NCBI RefSeq assembly: GCF_004010195.1
Contig: NC_057752.1
Coordinates: 14,872,203-14,936,202 of the forward strand
Direction of reading: 5' to 3'
Length of the DNA stretch: 64,000 nt
DNA from: Chiloscyllium plagiosum
Taxonomy: Eukaryota
A program made the translations under genes and the position numbers. Below the pieces are notes generated by a model. The model had not been told where the DNA came from. It worked only from the letters and a program-made list of their open reading frames with translations, and searched no databases. Of the stretch, positions 1 to 11,549 are shown piece by piece; the first letter of the stretch is position 1; each line of letters starts with the position of its first letter.

Positions 1-180
1 TGGAATGAGCTGCCAGAGGAAATGGTGGAGGCTGGTACAATTGCAACATTTAAGAGGCATTTGGATAGGTATATGGAGGATAGTGGGTTAGTGTAGTTTA
101 GGTGGGCTTGGATCGGCGCAACATCGAGGGCCGAAGGGCCTGTACTGCGCTGTATTCTTCTATGTTCTATGTTCTAATGT
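1..180 (+). mobile_element. CR1 LINE 3' end
   Basis: WNELPEEMVEAGTIATFKRHLD C-terminus, gggccgaagggcctgt tail motif and (ttctatg)n end. Confidence 0.85.
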
Positions 181-395
181 ACTCCTTCAGTACTGCAGTG
201 ATGGTATCATGTACTGATGGTACAATGGTCCCATCTGTTTTCACACCCCACCACCACCTCTCTAAAGGGCCTGTACTGCGCTGTATTCTTCTATGTTCTA
301 TGTTCTAATGTACTCCTTCAGTACTGCAGTGATGGTATCATGTACTGATGGTACAATGGTCCCATCTGTTTTCACACCCCACCACCACCTCTCTA
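134..395. repeat. Perfect 131-bp direct tandem duplication (134-264 / 265-395)
   Basis: The two copies read identically by eye. Confidence 0.9.
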
Positions 396-728
396 TTGCA
401 CCTGAAACTTCTGTACTCGAGAATGCTGAGTTGCCAGCCCTGTCTTCCTTTTAACCATGTCAAAGTGATAGGGAAAAGGCAGGAAAGTGGAGTTGAGGGA
501 ATATCAGATCATACGTGATCTCATTGAATGGTGGAGTAGACTCGGACTGAATGGTCTACTTCTTCTATATTTTATATTCATACTGGAGAACCTTTTGTAA
601 AGATGAGGCAATCAGAGTAGCTGAAGCCTTAATTTTTCTTATTGCAGAGACACAGAATACAAACTGATTAATAATCTGCAAATTATATCTCAAAATGACA
701 GTAGGCACCCTTCCTTCATTTTTCACAG

Positions 729-820
729 AAGTTCTCTGGAAGCTGTTTACAAATTGAATGTTTCCAAGTTACAAATAATTCTTGGAAATCTGACCTAAGG
801 TTGTATGATTTTTACATAAG
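729..820 (+). pseudogene. Pseudogene exon A: KFSGSCLQIECFQVTNNSWKSDLRLYDFYI(S)
   Basis: Acceptor ccttccttcatttttcacag, donor AG|gtatgc. 92 nt, open frame, ends phase 2. Confidence 0.7.
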
Positions 821-1469
821 GTATGCATTTTGCTATTTATTTTGGTGAATGCATGGAGAGATACAAATGATCGGAAATTTCATTATGATGAACAGAAAAT
901 GCCTTGCTTTTGGATTCTAAGTTAAAAGATTTAATAACATATAAAGACAATCTTTGGTATTAGTGCTAACTTTACTGCCTAAAGGAGAAACCCCTTTAAG
1001 AAAAAGGCGATATTACTTTATCACTTAAAATGTGACTGACAATGATAAAGGAGCCAATGTGAACATAAAATTGACCCCAAAATTCAAGAAGTAGCTATTA
1101 AGAAACTTTGAGATTTTGACTCCCTGTTGGATGTATGTTGAGCTCAACTGAGACTGCTAGGCCTCTTCCAGACTATCAATTTGCACGCCATTCGTGGTGT
1201 TTCTGTGCTGCCAGTTTTTCCATCCTACATGCCATACCTTACATCTGAAAATATTCACTTTCATCACCCATTGTTCTGCCAAATTACGCATTTTGAGCTA
1301 ATTCTGTGCTTTCTGACTGTCTTTACCAATTGCACTGCCCTTCCAAGTTTGTACCATTTGCAAACGTGAACAACTTCCATCTACTTTTGAATAATCATTT
1401 GTGTCCTTTGTCTCTTGTTTTGTCTGAACACAGATAATGTGTGAAGGGATAATGCTGCAGAATGTTTAG

Positions 1470-2580
1470 TCTCTGCCCAACCCCATGCGGTACCTGTCCT
1501 GGAAGTGTTTCATGGGTACAATGTAGAGGTGTTCTGTTTTGTATCGAGCCCTTTGCCTTGCCTGTCCTGGAAGTTATAAAGGGAACAGGGTAATGGGAGC
1601 TTCATTCTGTTCCTATGAACATTCTTTACCTGCCCTTGGAGTGTTTAATTGGGACAGTGTAGAAGGAGCTTTACTCTGTGAAAACACCGTGCTGTACCTT
1701 TGCTGGAAGTACTTGGTGGGATCGTTGTAGAGGTTGCTTCACTTTTCAGTTTAAAAATGTAGAGGGAACTTTTTGTTTTCAGTTAAAAGAGGGGCTTTAT
1801 TCTGTATCTAACCCTGTGCTCTCTCTGTCCTGCAGTGCATGATGGGGTTGGCATGGAGTAAGTTTTACTTTCAGTTTCTAAGAGTAGAGGCAGCTTAATT
1901 CTGCACCTAACTCCATGCTGTCCTGGTCCTACGAGTGTTTGATGGGGTAGCAGTGTAGAGTAATAGAGATGTACAGCATGGAAACAGACCATTCGGTCCA
2001 ACCCATCCATGCCGACCAGTTATCCCACCCAGCATAGAGTCATAGAGTCATAAAGATGTACAGCATGGAAACAGACCCTTCGGTCCAACCTCTCCATGCC
2101 AACGAGATATCCCAACCCAATCAAGTCCCACCTGCCAACACCCGGCCCATATCCCTCCAAGCCCTTCCTATTCCTATACCCATCCAAATGCCTCTTAAAT
2201 GTTGCAAAAATGTTGTAATTGTGCCAGCCTCCACCACTTCCTCTGGCAGCTCATTCCATACAGCGGAAGCTGTACTCTATATCTGTTCTGGGAGTTGATT
2301 GATGGGGATAGTGTGAAGGAAGTTTTGCATTAATGTTCAATGAGTAGAGGCAGCTTTACTCGAGCTGTAGCCTGTGCTCTTCCTGTCCTTGGAGTCCATG
2401 ATGGGGACACTGCAGTGGGTGGGGGCTTTATTTCCAGTGTAAGAAAATGGAGGGAACATTAGATAATGTCTAACCCTGTGCGATAAGTGTCCTGGGACTT
2501 CTTGACAGGGGCAGCGTGGGAGGATGTTTTCTTTCAGTTTAGAAGAGTGGAGATAGCTTTACTGTGTAGCTTTTCCTCTG
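1470..2580. repeat. Degenerate ~68-bp minisatellite (consensus ~ctgtatctaaccccgtgctgtacctgtcctgggagtgtttgatggggacagtgtagagggagctttact), interrupted by CR1 tails at ~1960-2260
   Basis: The unit recurs more than 10 times; further arrays at ~3290-3420, ~7840-8040 and ~8660-8900. Confidence 0.8.
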
Positions 2581-2790
2581 TTCACTCTCTCACTCTCTCA
2601 CTCTCTCACTCTCTCACTCTCTCACTCTCTCTCTCGCTCTCTCGCTCTCTCGCTCTCTCGCTCTCTCGCTCTCTCGCTCTCTCGCCTCTCACTCTCTCAC
2701 TCTCTCACTCTCTCACTCTCTCACTCTCTCACTCTCTCACTCTCTCACTCTCTCACTCTCTCACTCTCTCACTCGCGCTCTCTGTCTCTC
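2580..2790. repeat. Compound microsatellite (CTCTCTCA)n/(CTCTCTCG)n
   Basis: Directly visible 8-mer array. Confidence 0.95.
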
Positions 2791-3114
2791 CAGCCCCATG
2801 TCATTGAAGCAAACTTGTTGAACAATGTGAATGGTTTGTTTAAGTCATCTGAATTGTTGCTTGACCTATGTTTAATGATCAGAAAACATTATTTGGAATG
2901 CACTTAATACAATGATATCAGACTTACAGGGTTTAGCAACATAAAACGATCTTTTACGTGTTTCCTGAAGAGAGGAAAACTGATTCTTAATACACAATAG
3001 CAATGCTTACATTGACAAAATTTAACAATTTTTAGTACAAAATGGTATTTGAAATACAACTCCATGCCCTGTTTGCATATTTTCTTATTGCCATGTAAAC
3101 CTCTTTCTTGGCAG

Positions 3115-3263
3115 CTTTTGGCACCATTTTGCACATGTCTACTGCTGGGTTCTTAACTTAACACCCTTTGGTGAAGAAATGGATTATTTGTGGCTTTGGG
3201 ATTTTTGAACATTGCAGCTTTTTCCCCCCAGAATTTGAAAGAGCAATTGACAGGCTATTCAAG
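3115..3263 (+). pseudogene. Pseudogene exon B: FWHHFAHVYCWVLNL...EHCSFFPPEFERAIDRLFK, with a +1 frameshift
   Basis: Acceptor ctctttcttggcag, donor AAG|gtggat. 149 nt is one base too long for phase 2 to phase 0; the first frame hits TGA at 3206-3208. Confidence 0.65.
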
Positions 3264-3499
3264 GTGGATGTGGTCACAAATCATAGTAAAGATAGTGTTA
3301 CTCTGTCCAGTCCCATACTGTGCCTGTCCAGCAGGTGTTTGATGGGTACAGTGTAGAAGAGGCTTGACTAATTCTATACTGTCTCTGTCCTTGGGGCTGT
3401 TTGATGGGAGCAGTGTGGGTTGATAGTTAATGAATTTAGGAGGCAATGGCTCAGTGGTTGGGGGTGGCATGACGGCTTAGTGATTGGGAGCAACCACCG

Positions 3500-3810
3500 T
3501 GCCTCTCAGTGGTTCAGAGAGGCACGGTGGTTCAGCACTGCTGCCTAATAGTGCCAGGGACCTATTGCGATTCCAGCCTTGGCCGACTATCTGTGTGGAG
3601 TTTGTACATTCTCCCCTTCTTTGTGTGTGTTTCCACCATGTACAGGTTAGGTGGATTGACCATGTTAAATTGCCTATAGTGTCCAGGGATGTGCAGGCTA
3701 GGTGGATTAGCCATGGGCAATGCAGGGTTACAGGGATTGAGTAGAGAGATGGGTTGGTGTGGACTTGGACCAAATGTCTGGCTTCCACACTTTAGGAATT
3801 CTATGAATAT
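3500..3810 (+). mobile_element. HE1-type V-SINE, diverged
   Basis: ggcacggtggttcagcactgctgcct head, tgtgtggagtttg V-domain and CR1-like tail. Confidence 0.75.
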
Positions 3811-4309
3811 TTAATCCCATGGTAAACATTGGTTTGGACCAGACCAAATGGTTCTTCATCTGTACAAGATACCCTCGACCCTAACTTTATCTTGTTTAAA
3901 GGCAAGCGTATGGTGCTGTATTCCAGATGTGATTTGATTGGCCAAACTACTAAACATACATTATTCTTACACCACAGTTAAAACATGAGCAAATAATAAG
4001 AATTAGCATAACTTTAACTCTATCAAAATATTTTTTTAAGAATGTATTATTTATCTACTGCTCATTAACTGTTCAAATATTGCAGCATCCCATAAACGCA
4101 CATTGGTAAAGGCAAATTCAGCAAAACAGATTTCCCGCACTTCAGTCCAGGCGAAGGAACCCTGACAGAATGAATCTAGCAGCAGAGAGAGAGCTGTATC
4201 TAGCAGCTTCAATTTCAAAAATCCCACCTTCAACAACTGAAAACACAAACTAAAACCCTGGGTCTGTATGAATCCACTCACTCCTGCTTCTTTTGTGTAC
4301 TTTTTAAAG

Positions 4310-4880
4310 CAACAGAAAGATAAACCAGGGCAGGATTTACAGACTTAATGGTAGGGCTATGGGGAGTGTTATCGAACAGAGAGACTTAGGGGTGCAAGTT
4401 CACAGTTCGTTGAACACCGGTAGATTGGGTGGTGAAGAAGGCCTTTGGCGTGCTTGCCTTCATCAGTCAGAGGATTCTGAACAAAATTTGGTCTGTCATA
4501 TTATGGCTGTTGAAAACATTGGTAAGGCCACATTCGGAGTACTGCATACAACTCTGATTGCCCTGCTATTGGAAAGATGTTATTAAACTGGAATGGGTGC
4601 AAAAAAGATTTACAAGGATGTTACTGAGACTGGAAGGTTTGAGTGAAAACGAGAGGCTGGCTTGGCTGGGATTTTTTCCCTTGAGCTTAGGAGCTTGAGG
4701 GTGATCTCATAGAGGTTTATAAAATCATGAGAGGCATACATAAGGTCTTTTCTCCAGGGTAGAGGAATGCAAAACTAGAAGGCATAGGTTTAAGATGAGA
4801 GGGGAAAGGTTTAAAAGGAACCTGAGGGACAACTTTTTCACCCAGAGGGTGGTGTGTGTATGGAATGAGCTGCCAGAGGA
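4310..4880 (+). mobile_element. CR1 LINE RT 3' fragment
   Basis: GSVIEQRDLGVQVHSSL followed by CR1 C-terminal motifs. Confidence 0.85.
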
Positions 4881-5499
4881 TGTCATTGAGTCAGAGGTCT
4901 ACAGCATGGAAGTAGGCCCAACCTGTCCAAACTGCCCAGTTTTCATAACTTAAACTATTCCCATTTGCCTGTGTTTAGTCCATATCCCTCCATACGTATC
5001 CCCTCTATGTACCTGTCTGAATGTTTCTTAAATGACAACGTTGTATTTGCTCCCACCACAACGTCTGGCAGCCCATTCCAGATCACCATCTCTCTCTGTG
5101 TGAAAAGATTGCCTCTTTGGACTCTTTTGTATCGCTCCTCTCTCACCTTAAACCTACGTCCTCTAGTTTTAGACTCCCCTACCATGAGGAAAAGTTGTCA
5201 GCTGTCAACCTTTTTTATGCCTCTCATGATTTTATAAACCTTTATCAGGTCAACCCTCATTCTGCTATGCTTCAGTGAAAAAAGTCCCAGCCGATCCAAC
5301 CTCTCGTAACTCAAACCTTCCAGTCCAGATAGCATCCTAGTAAATCTTTGCTGCATGCTTTCTCCTTTAATAATATCTTTTCTATAGTAGGGTGACTGGA
5401 ACTGCACGTCGTTCTCCAAATGTGATGCCACCAAGGTCTTGCACAGCTGCAATAGGACATCCCAACTCCTATACTCAGTACTCTGACTGACGAAAGCGA

Positions 5500-7060
5500 G
5501 CTTTTGAGCAAAATAACATGTAAATCTGCAAGTACAATTTCACCCCACAAACGTTGGGTGACTGTGTGTGTATGGGGTGGGGAGATATGAGTGTCCGTGA
5601 GAGAGTGTGTGCATGTGTGTGATTGTGAGGGGGTATAAGTCTGTGAGAGGGTGCGTCTGAGTGTGCGAGTGTATGTGTGAGCATATGAGAGTGTGTGTGT
5701 GGTGCATGGGCTCACCTGTAGTGTGACATGAGCCCAAGCTCCTGGTTGAGGCCATCCCCATGGGCATGGCCTCAATCGGGACCTTGGGTTCATGTCACAC
5801 TACAGGTGACCCCATTGCACTACACTCTGACAGGCACACTCACCCACACACCCTCTCTCACACACAAGCTCTCTCTCATATGCTCACAAATACACTCACA
5901 TGTGCGCACACACGCATGCATATAAGTTTGAGGGGTGAATTTGTACTTGCAGAATTACATTTTCTTTTGCTCAAAAATGCCGTGAATACATGTAAGATTC
6001 TGTAAATCCCTTTTTTTAAGATTAGAATCAGTCCAAACATTGGAGCGCAGACAGGGTACCTCATACCTTCAATGCACTATCTGGGCCGACATGACGCCAG
6101 TTGGTAAAGTTCACTTGAGAATGTAACTTTTAAAATGTTCTGGGATTTACATATGAAAGAACTGAAACTAACTTGTTCCTTCTAAAAGATGAGAGACTTA
6201 ACAAACAATCCAGGTCTTTTTCAATATATAATTTCAGTTGCATCACACTGTCAGCCTTTGCTATAAATTCTGTGCCTTACACTGTGGGGCGGCACAGTGG
6301 CTCAGTGGTTAGCACTGCTGCCTCACAGCACCAGGATCCCAGGTTCTATTCCAGCCTGTGTGGAGTTTGCACATTCTCCCTGAGTCTGTGTGGGTTTCCT
6401 CCGGGTGCTCCGGTTTCCTCCCATAGTCCAAAGATGTGCAGATCAGGTGAATTGGCCATGCTAAATTCCCTACAGTGTTCGGTGCGTTCGTCAGAGGGAA
6501 ATGGGTCTGGGAGGGGTACTCTTCGGAGGGTCGGATGGACTTGTTGGGCTGAAGGGCCTGTTTCCACACTGTAAGGAATCTTATCTAACTCTCTTGGGTA
6601 GAGAGTACCCAAGTTCACAACCCTTTAAATAAATTTTACCAGGGCAGAAATGACTAACACGAGAGGTCATAGTTTAAGCTGGTTGGAGGAAAGTATAGAA
6701 GGGATGTCAGAGGCGGGTTCTTTACACAGAGTTGTGAGAGCATGGAATGCGTTGCCAGCAGCACTTGTGGAAGCAAGGTCACAGGAGACATTTAAGAGAC
6801 TACTGGACATGCACATGGTCACAGAAATTTGAGGGTGCATACATGAGGATCAGTGGTTGGCACAACATTGTGGGCTGAAGGGCTTGTTCTGTGCTGTGCT
6901 GTACTGTTCTATGTTCTGTTACATCATATACTCCACAGCCACGTGATGAAAGAGCAGCGCTCCAAAAGCTAGTGCTTCCAAACAAACCTGTTGGACTATA
7001 ATCTGGCGTTGTGATGTTTAACTTTGTACACCCCAGTCCAACACCGGCACCTCCAAACCA
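5500..7060 (+). mobile_element. Penelope-like element 3' end with inverted 5' duplication; contains a nested HE1 SINE (6286-6590) and CR1 tail (~6630-6920)
   Basis: C-terminal HGLNRDLGFMSHYR* at ~5765-5810, ~240-bp inverted arms around 5760, and a terminus with a degenerate hammerhead at ~6940-6980. Confidence 0.75.
6286..6590 (+). mobile_element. HE1 SINE
   Basis: tRNA-like head ggcggcacagtggctcagtggttagcac, V-domain and CR1-derived tail. Confidence 0.9.
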
Positions 7061-8127
7061 TGATGAGCATACTGAAAGCATTTTTCACTACCCTGTCTAG
7101 CTGTGACTCCATTTTCAAGGAGCTATGAACCTGTGCACCTTGACCTGTTTGTTCTATAACACTCCCCAGGCCCCTAACATTGATTGTGCAAGTCCCGCCC
7201 TGGTTTGCCTTACCAAAATGCAATACCTTGCATTTTTCTAAATTAAACTCCATCTGCCATTCCTCAACCCACTATCCCAGTTGATCAAGATCTCTCTGCA
7301 TTCCCAGATAAACTCCTTTACTGTCCACTTTCCTACCAATCTTGGTGTCATCCACAAAACGTATTGGCCATACCTCCTAAATTGTCATCCAAATAATTTT
7401 TATAAATGATGAGTAACAATGGACCCAGCACTGATCCATGTGGCACACCGCTGGTCACAGGTTTCCAGACTGAAAAACAACCCTCTACCACCACTCTCTG
7501 TCTTTTACTGTCAAGCCAATTTTGTATCCAATTGTCTAGCTCTCCCTAGAAGTAGTACAGGTGTGTACAATTACAACATTTGAAAGACATTTGGACAGGT
7601 GCATGGACAGAGGTATGGAGGGTATGGGCCAAATGCAAATGGGAGTAGTTCAGTTTAGGATATCTGGTCAGCATGGACAAGTTAGGCGGAAGGGTCTATT
7701 TCCATGCTTTCTGACTCTGATTCTATTTTCTCTACTTTTCGTGGAGAGGTTTACAACACCTCTCTTCAAGAGAAACAGAGCAAATCCCTCTTACAGGAAC
7801 ATTCCATTACAACATGGCCTGGAAATTTGAAAAGGATGAGATTTATTCTGTATCTAACCCCATGCTGGACTTGACCTGGGGATATTGTGGAGTGAGATTT
7901 ACTCTATATCTCACCTCGTGCTGTCCCTGTCTTGCAAGTGTTTGATGGGAACAGTGTAGGGAGAGCTTATCTAACTCCAGACTTGTCCTTGTCCCAGTAG
8001 TGGTGTCTGTACCATGGAAGGTTTACTTTTCAATTTAAGAGTGTAATTTGGATAAATATGTGAATAGGAAAGGTCTGGAAAGATATTGGGCAAACACAGG
8101 CAAGTGAGATTAGTTTAGTTTGTGAAC

Positions 8128-8442
8128 ACGGGTGGCGCAGTGGTTAGCACTGCTGCCTCACAGCGCCAGAGACCCGGGTTCAATTCCCGCCTCAGGCGAC
8201 TGACTGTGTGGAGTTTGCACATTCTCCCTGTGTCTGCATGGGTTTCCTCCGGGTGCTCCGGTTTCCTCCCACAGTCACAAAGATGTGCAGGTCAGGTGAA
8301 TTGGCCATACTAAATTGCCCGTAATGTTAGGTGAAGGGGTAAGTGTAGGGGTATGGGTGGGTTGCGCTTTGGCGGGTCGGTGTGGATGTGTTGGGCCGAA
8401 GGGCCTGTTTCCACACTGTAAGTAATCTAAATCTAAATCTAA
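8128..8442 (+). mobile_element. HE1 SINE (young)
   Basis: A box tggcgcagtgg, B box ggttcaattcc, V-domain and (aaatct)n tail. Confidence 0.92.
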
Positions 8443-8474
8443 AACATGGTCTAATTGAACCGAATGGAGTCATA

Positions 8475-8635
8475 CACCAGTCAAAGAGCTCGGAATCACT
8501 CAAACACTCAATAGCAGCAAAAAGTGTTTTTTTTTCCACCCAACAGTTTGTTTCAAAATTATTCTTTATGGATAAAGTTGGGGAGAGACATCATTGCTGC
8601 TCAGGTATCTGGGAAAACCCCAATGACTACGTGGG
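8475..8635 (+). mobile_element. Unclassified ~161-bp TA-flanked element, copy 1
   Basis: Near-identical reverse-complement copy at 10215-10376; TA on both sides; interrupts a CR1 tail. Confidence 0.7.
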
Positions 8636-8974
8636 TATTTCCATGCTGTATGACTCTGAGTAGTGGGTGTTTTACTCTATCTCACCTCGCAATGTCCCTG
8701 TCTTGGGAGTATTTGGTCATGACAGTGTCAAAGGAACTTTACTTTTAGTTTAAAAGAGTAGAGGTAGCTTTACTTGCAGTTTAAGAGAGTAGAGGAGCTT
8801 TAATCTGTGTCAAAACCATGCTGTACCTGTCCCAGGGGTGTTTGATAGAGACAGTGAAGGGAGCATTTTACTCTGTATTTAACACTATGTTGTACCTGTG
8901 GTGGCTATGGCTAATAAATGCAGTTGGTCACAATAACAGGTGAAACTAAGTGGAATAAATGTCTCCTTTCAAAG

Positions 8975-9038
8975 GCCAACCACATGCAGTGTGGCTTGGA
9001 ATATGGAAAATGTTTCGTTAACTGGCTGCTGGGTAAAG
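8975..9038 (+). pseudogene. Pseudogene exon C: ANHMQCGLEYGKCFVNWLLGK
   Basis: Acceptor gtctcctttcaaag, donor AAG|gtgaga. 64 nt open, phase 0 to phase 1. Confidence 0.7.
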
Positions 9039-9954
9039 GTGAGAATCCAGTTTGGGAAGCTGTTGAGACCTGAAATGAGCAGGATGGCATGGGAAGGAGG
9101 ATATTTAGCAGAATGGCTGAGATTCCTCTTGTGCAATATGTATTTTACTCGACATTATTCCGACTCTATTTGAATAAACCTGTCGTGTGATTCAATAACT
9201 TCAAAATATTTAGACCTTGCACCATTTTAATGGATCGCAATGAAAATTTAGTTTTTAATATTGCTTAAATGTTGCTGGCCAGACTAACATTTCTTCCAAT
9301 TCCTAATTTCACTCCGGTACGTGGTGGTGAGCTGGCTTCTTAAACTGCCTCCATCTGTGTTGCGCAGATACGTCCACAATGTTATGATGGACGGAGTTTC
9401 AAATCAGGATGATGTGTGGTTTGGAGGGAAACTTGCAGGTGGTGTCGTTTCCATGCATCCGCTCCCTTGTCTCTCCAAGTAGTTGAAGTTGTTCATTGTG
9501 TACATTAAGTTTAAATGTATATAGAAATTTGCTAAAGCTCTTTCGACAGCACTCATGACCACTACTGTGCAGAAAGAAAAGGCCAGCAGATACATGGGAA
9601 CACCATGACTTGCAACTTTCCCTCCAAACCACTCACCATCCTGACTTGGAAGCATATCACCATTCCTTCAGTGAAGCTGGGTCAAAATCTTGGAGCTCCC
9701 TTCCGAACAGCATTGTGGGTCAGCCTATAGCACATGAACTGCAGCCCTTAAGGAAGGCAACTCACCACCATCTTCTCAAGGTCAGCTAGGGACAGGTAAT
9801 AACTGCTGGGCCTCCCAGTGATCTCCACATCCAATGAATAATTTTTTAAAAAAAGAAGGTAGTGGAGACATATTGGATAATTACATAAGCATATGTAAGC
9901 ACACTTATTGACACTAGTGTTAGCAGCTAGAAGCTTATTGTGTTTCACCCGGAG

Positions 9955-10068
9955 TAAAAGTAAAATTGAATAAACATTGACTTCTGGTGTCCTACTTCAC
10001 CATCTGGCTTTCCGGGAGTTGACATGTTAACAGAGAGGTGAAAATTGGAAGCTTTGAAAAATGTTCAG
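9955..10068 (+). pseudogene. Pseudogene exon D (5' end uncertain): ...NIDFWCPTSPSGFPGVDMLTER*KLEALKNVQ
   Basis: Donor CAG|gtagaa in phase 0, TGA at 10039-10041, weak acceptor. Bridges phase 1 (exon C) to phase 0 (exon E) if one extra base is allowed. Confidence 0.5.
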
Positions 10069-10214
10069 GTAGAAGATTAAGTTGAAGTAGCTTTTGTGAA
10101 AAATGGCTGTAAAGGGAATATAAATTCAGCGCATGAAAACCCCCAGAGGTTCTCAGAGTCTGAACCTTGTGACCAGTGGGAAAATGAAATGAACCCTAAA
10201 AAGCTGAGCTAATA

Positions 10215-10376
10215 CCCACGTAGTCATTGGGCTTTTCCCCAGATACCTGAGTAGCAATGGCGTCTCTCCCCAACTTTATCCGTAAGGAATAATTTTGAAA
10301 CAAACTGTTGGGTGGAAAAAAAAAACACTTTTTGCTGTATTGAGTGTTTGAGTGATTCTGAGCTCTTTGACTGGTG
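10215..10376 (-). mobile_element. Unclassified ~161-bp TA-flanked element, copy 2
   Basis: Reverse complement of 8475-8635 with different flanks. Confidence 0.7.
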
Positions 10377-10448
10377 TACACAAAGCTTCTCTGCTCTCTT
10401 GCACAGGTCTCAGTTAAAATTACTCTGTGTTCACTTTCCTCCAGATGA

Positions 10449-10552
10449 CTGTTCAGTTCAGAAATGCATCATTGGACTTGAGACATTAACTATATTTATT
10501 TCTCCACAAATGCTTCCAGACTACTGAGTTTTTCCAGCACTTGCTGTTTTTA
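10449..10552 (+). mobile_element. Degenerate PLE terminal fragment
   Basis: 14-bp TSD tttcctccagatga (10435-10448 / 10553-10566); resembles other PLE termini in the window. Confidence 0.65.
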
Positions 10553-11549
10553 TTTCCTCCAGATGATGCAGGTACCCATAAACATCGACAATGATTCTCT
10601 CCACACACTCAATTTCAATATGGTGTAGCACATGTATCAGTAACATTCACAACTTGTATTTATATAATAAATTGAATATAATATTTTCAAGGTGATTCAC
10701 AGAAGGATTAAGAAACAAAATTTAACACTAATCCACTCAAGCAGATATTAGGTCCAAAATCCAGAACCTTGTTTAATGGTAGGAGTCTTAAAGGAGGTAT
10801 TTTCAAGCTTGTGATCTAGACAGCTGTTGTTTAAGCAATTATAATTGGGGATCCATAAAAGACCATAGGCACAGAAACCTGTAGTCGGAACTGTAGAAAT
10901 TTAGAGATGGGTGGGGTGAAGATTGAAATGGAGATGAGGTCATGGAAGAATTTGAAAGCCAATTTAAAGTCAAGCCATTGCATGAAAGGGTGTCAATATA
11001 ATTAAGTGAGCACAGGTGTGATGGGGAACTGGACTATGAGTTAGACCCAGGGAGCAGATTTTTAGATGACTTTCGAGTTCACAGTCGGTACAATTTATGC
11101 AAGCCCCTGGAATGTGTTGGCATAGTCCATTCTTGAGTAGTGATTCTTGAACTCTTTCAATTGAAGGAACCCTTTTCAAATGGGTTAGTAATCATGGAGC
11201 CTTCCCCATCAGAATGAAAATACCATACAATATTAATAGTAAAGAAGCTCTACAGGCAAAGTATATTTCAGTAATGCTTTTAATAAAATGTATTGACCAA
11301 TTTTGGTGAGATGGGCATGCCTGCTTCCCACTGCAGCAGTTGCCCATTCTTGCCCTAAGAGGGCAGAACACAACAGAGCGGGAACCATGGATAGAATAGG
11401 AACAGGGAAAAAGAGCAGAGAGAGCACCACAGAACAGAAGGATGTGTAGACCACACCTGTAACTACAGTTCACTTACTCTTGACCAGAGAGTGGATACGT
11501 GAACTATTAGGGTTTGAATTGCAAACTATATATGACCTTGCGGTCTTTG

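Larger units (their letters stand above)
4890..7550 (-). mobile_element. CR1 LINE (5'-truncated), split at ~5500-7060 by a PLE
   Basis: ORFs 4955..5185, 5198..5452 and 6996..7253 (MEFNLEKCKVLHFG) are collinear CR1 RT pieces. Confidence 0.85.

Noticed and set aside
1470..2580. CRISPR-like array
   Set aside because: It is a degenerate tandem satellite without unique spacers, in vertebrate DNA.
2487..2807. 106-aa Ser/Leu-rich ORF
   Set aside because: It is a translation of the microsatellite.
8473..10378. A single 1.9-kb TIR transposon that captured exons
   Set aside because: The left copy sits inside a CR1 tail that continues on both sides, and each copy has its own TA flanks.
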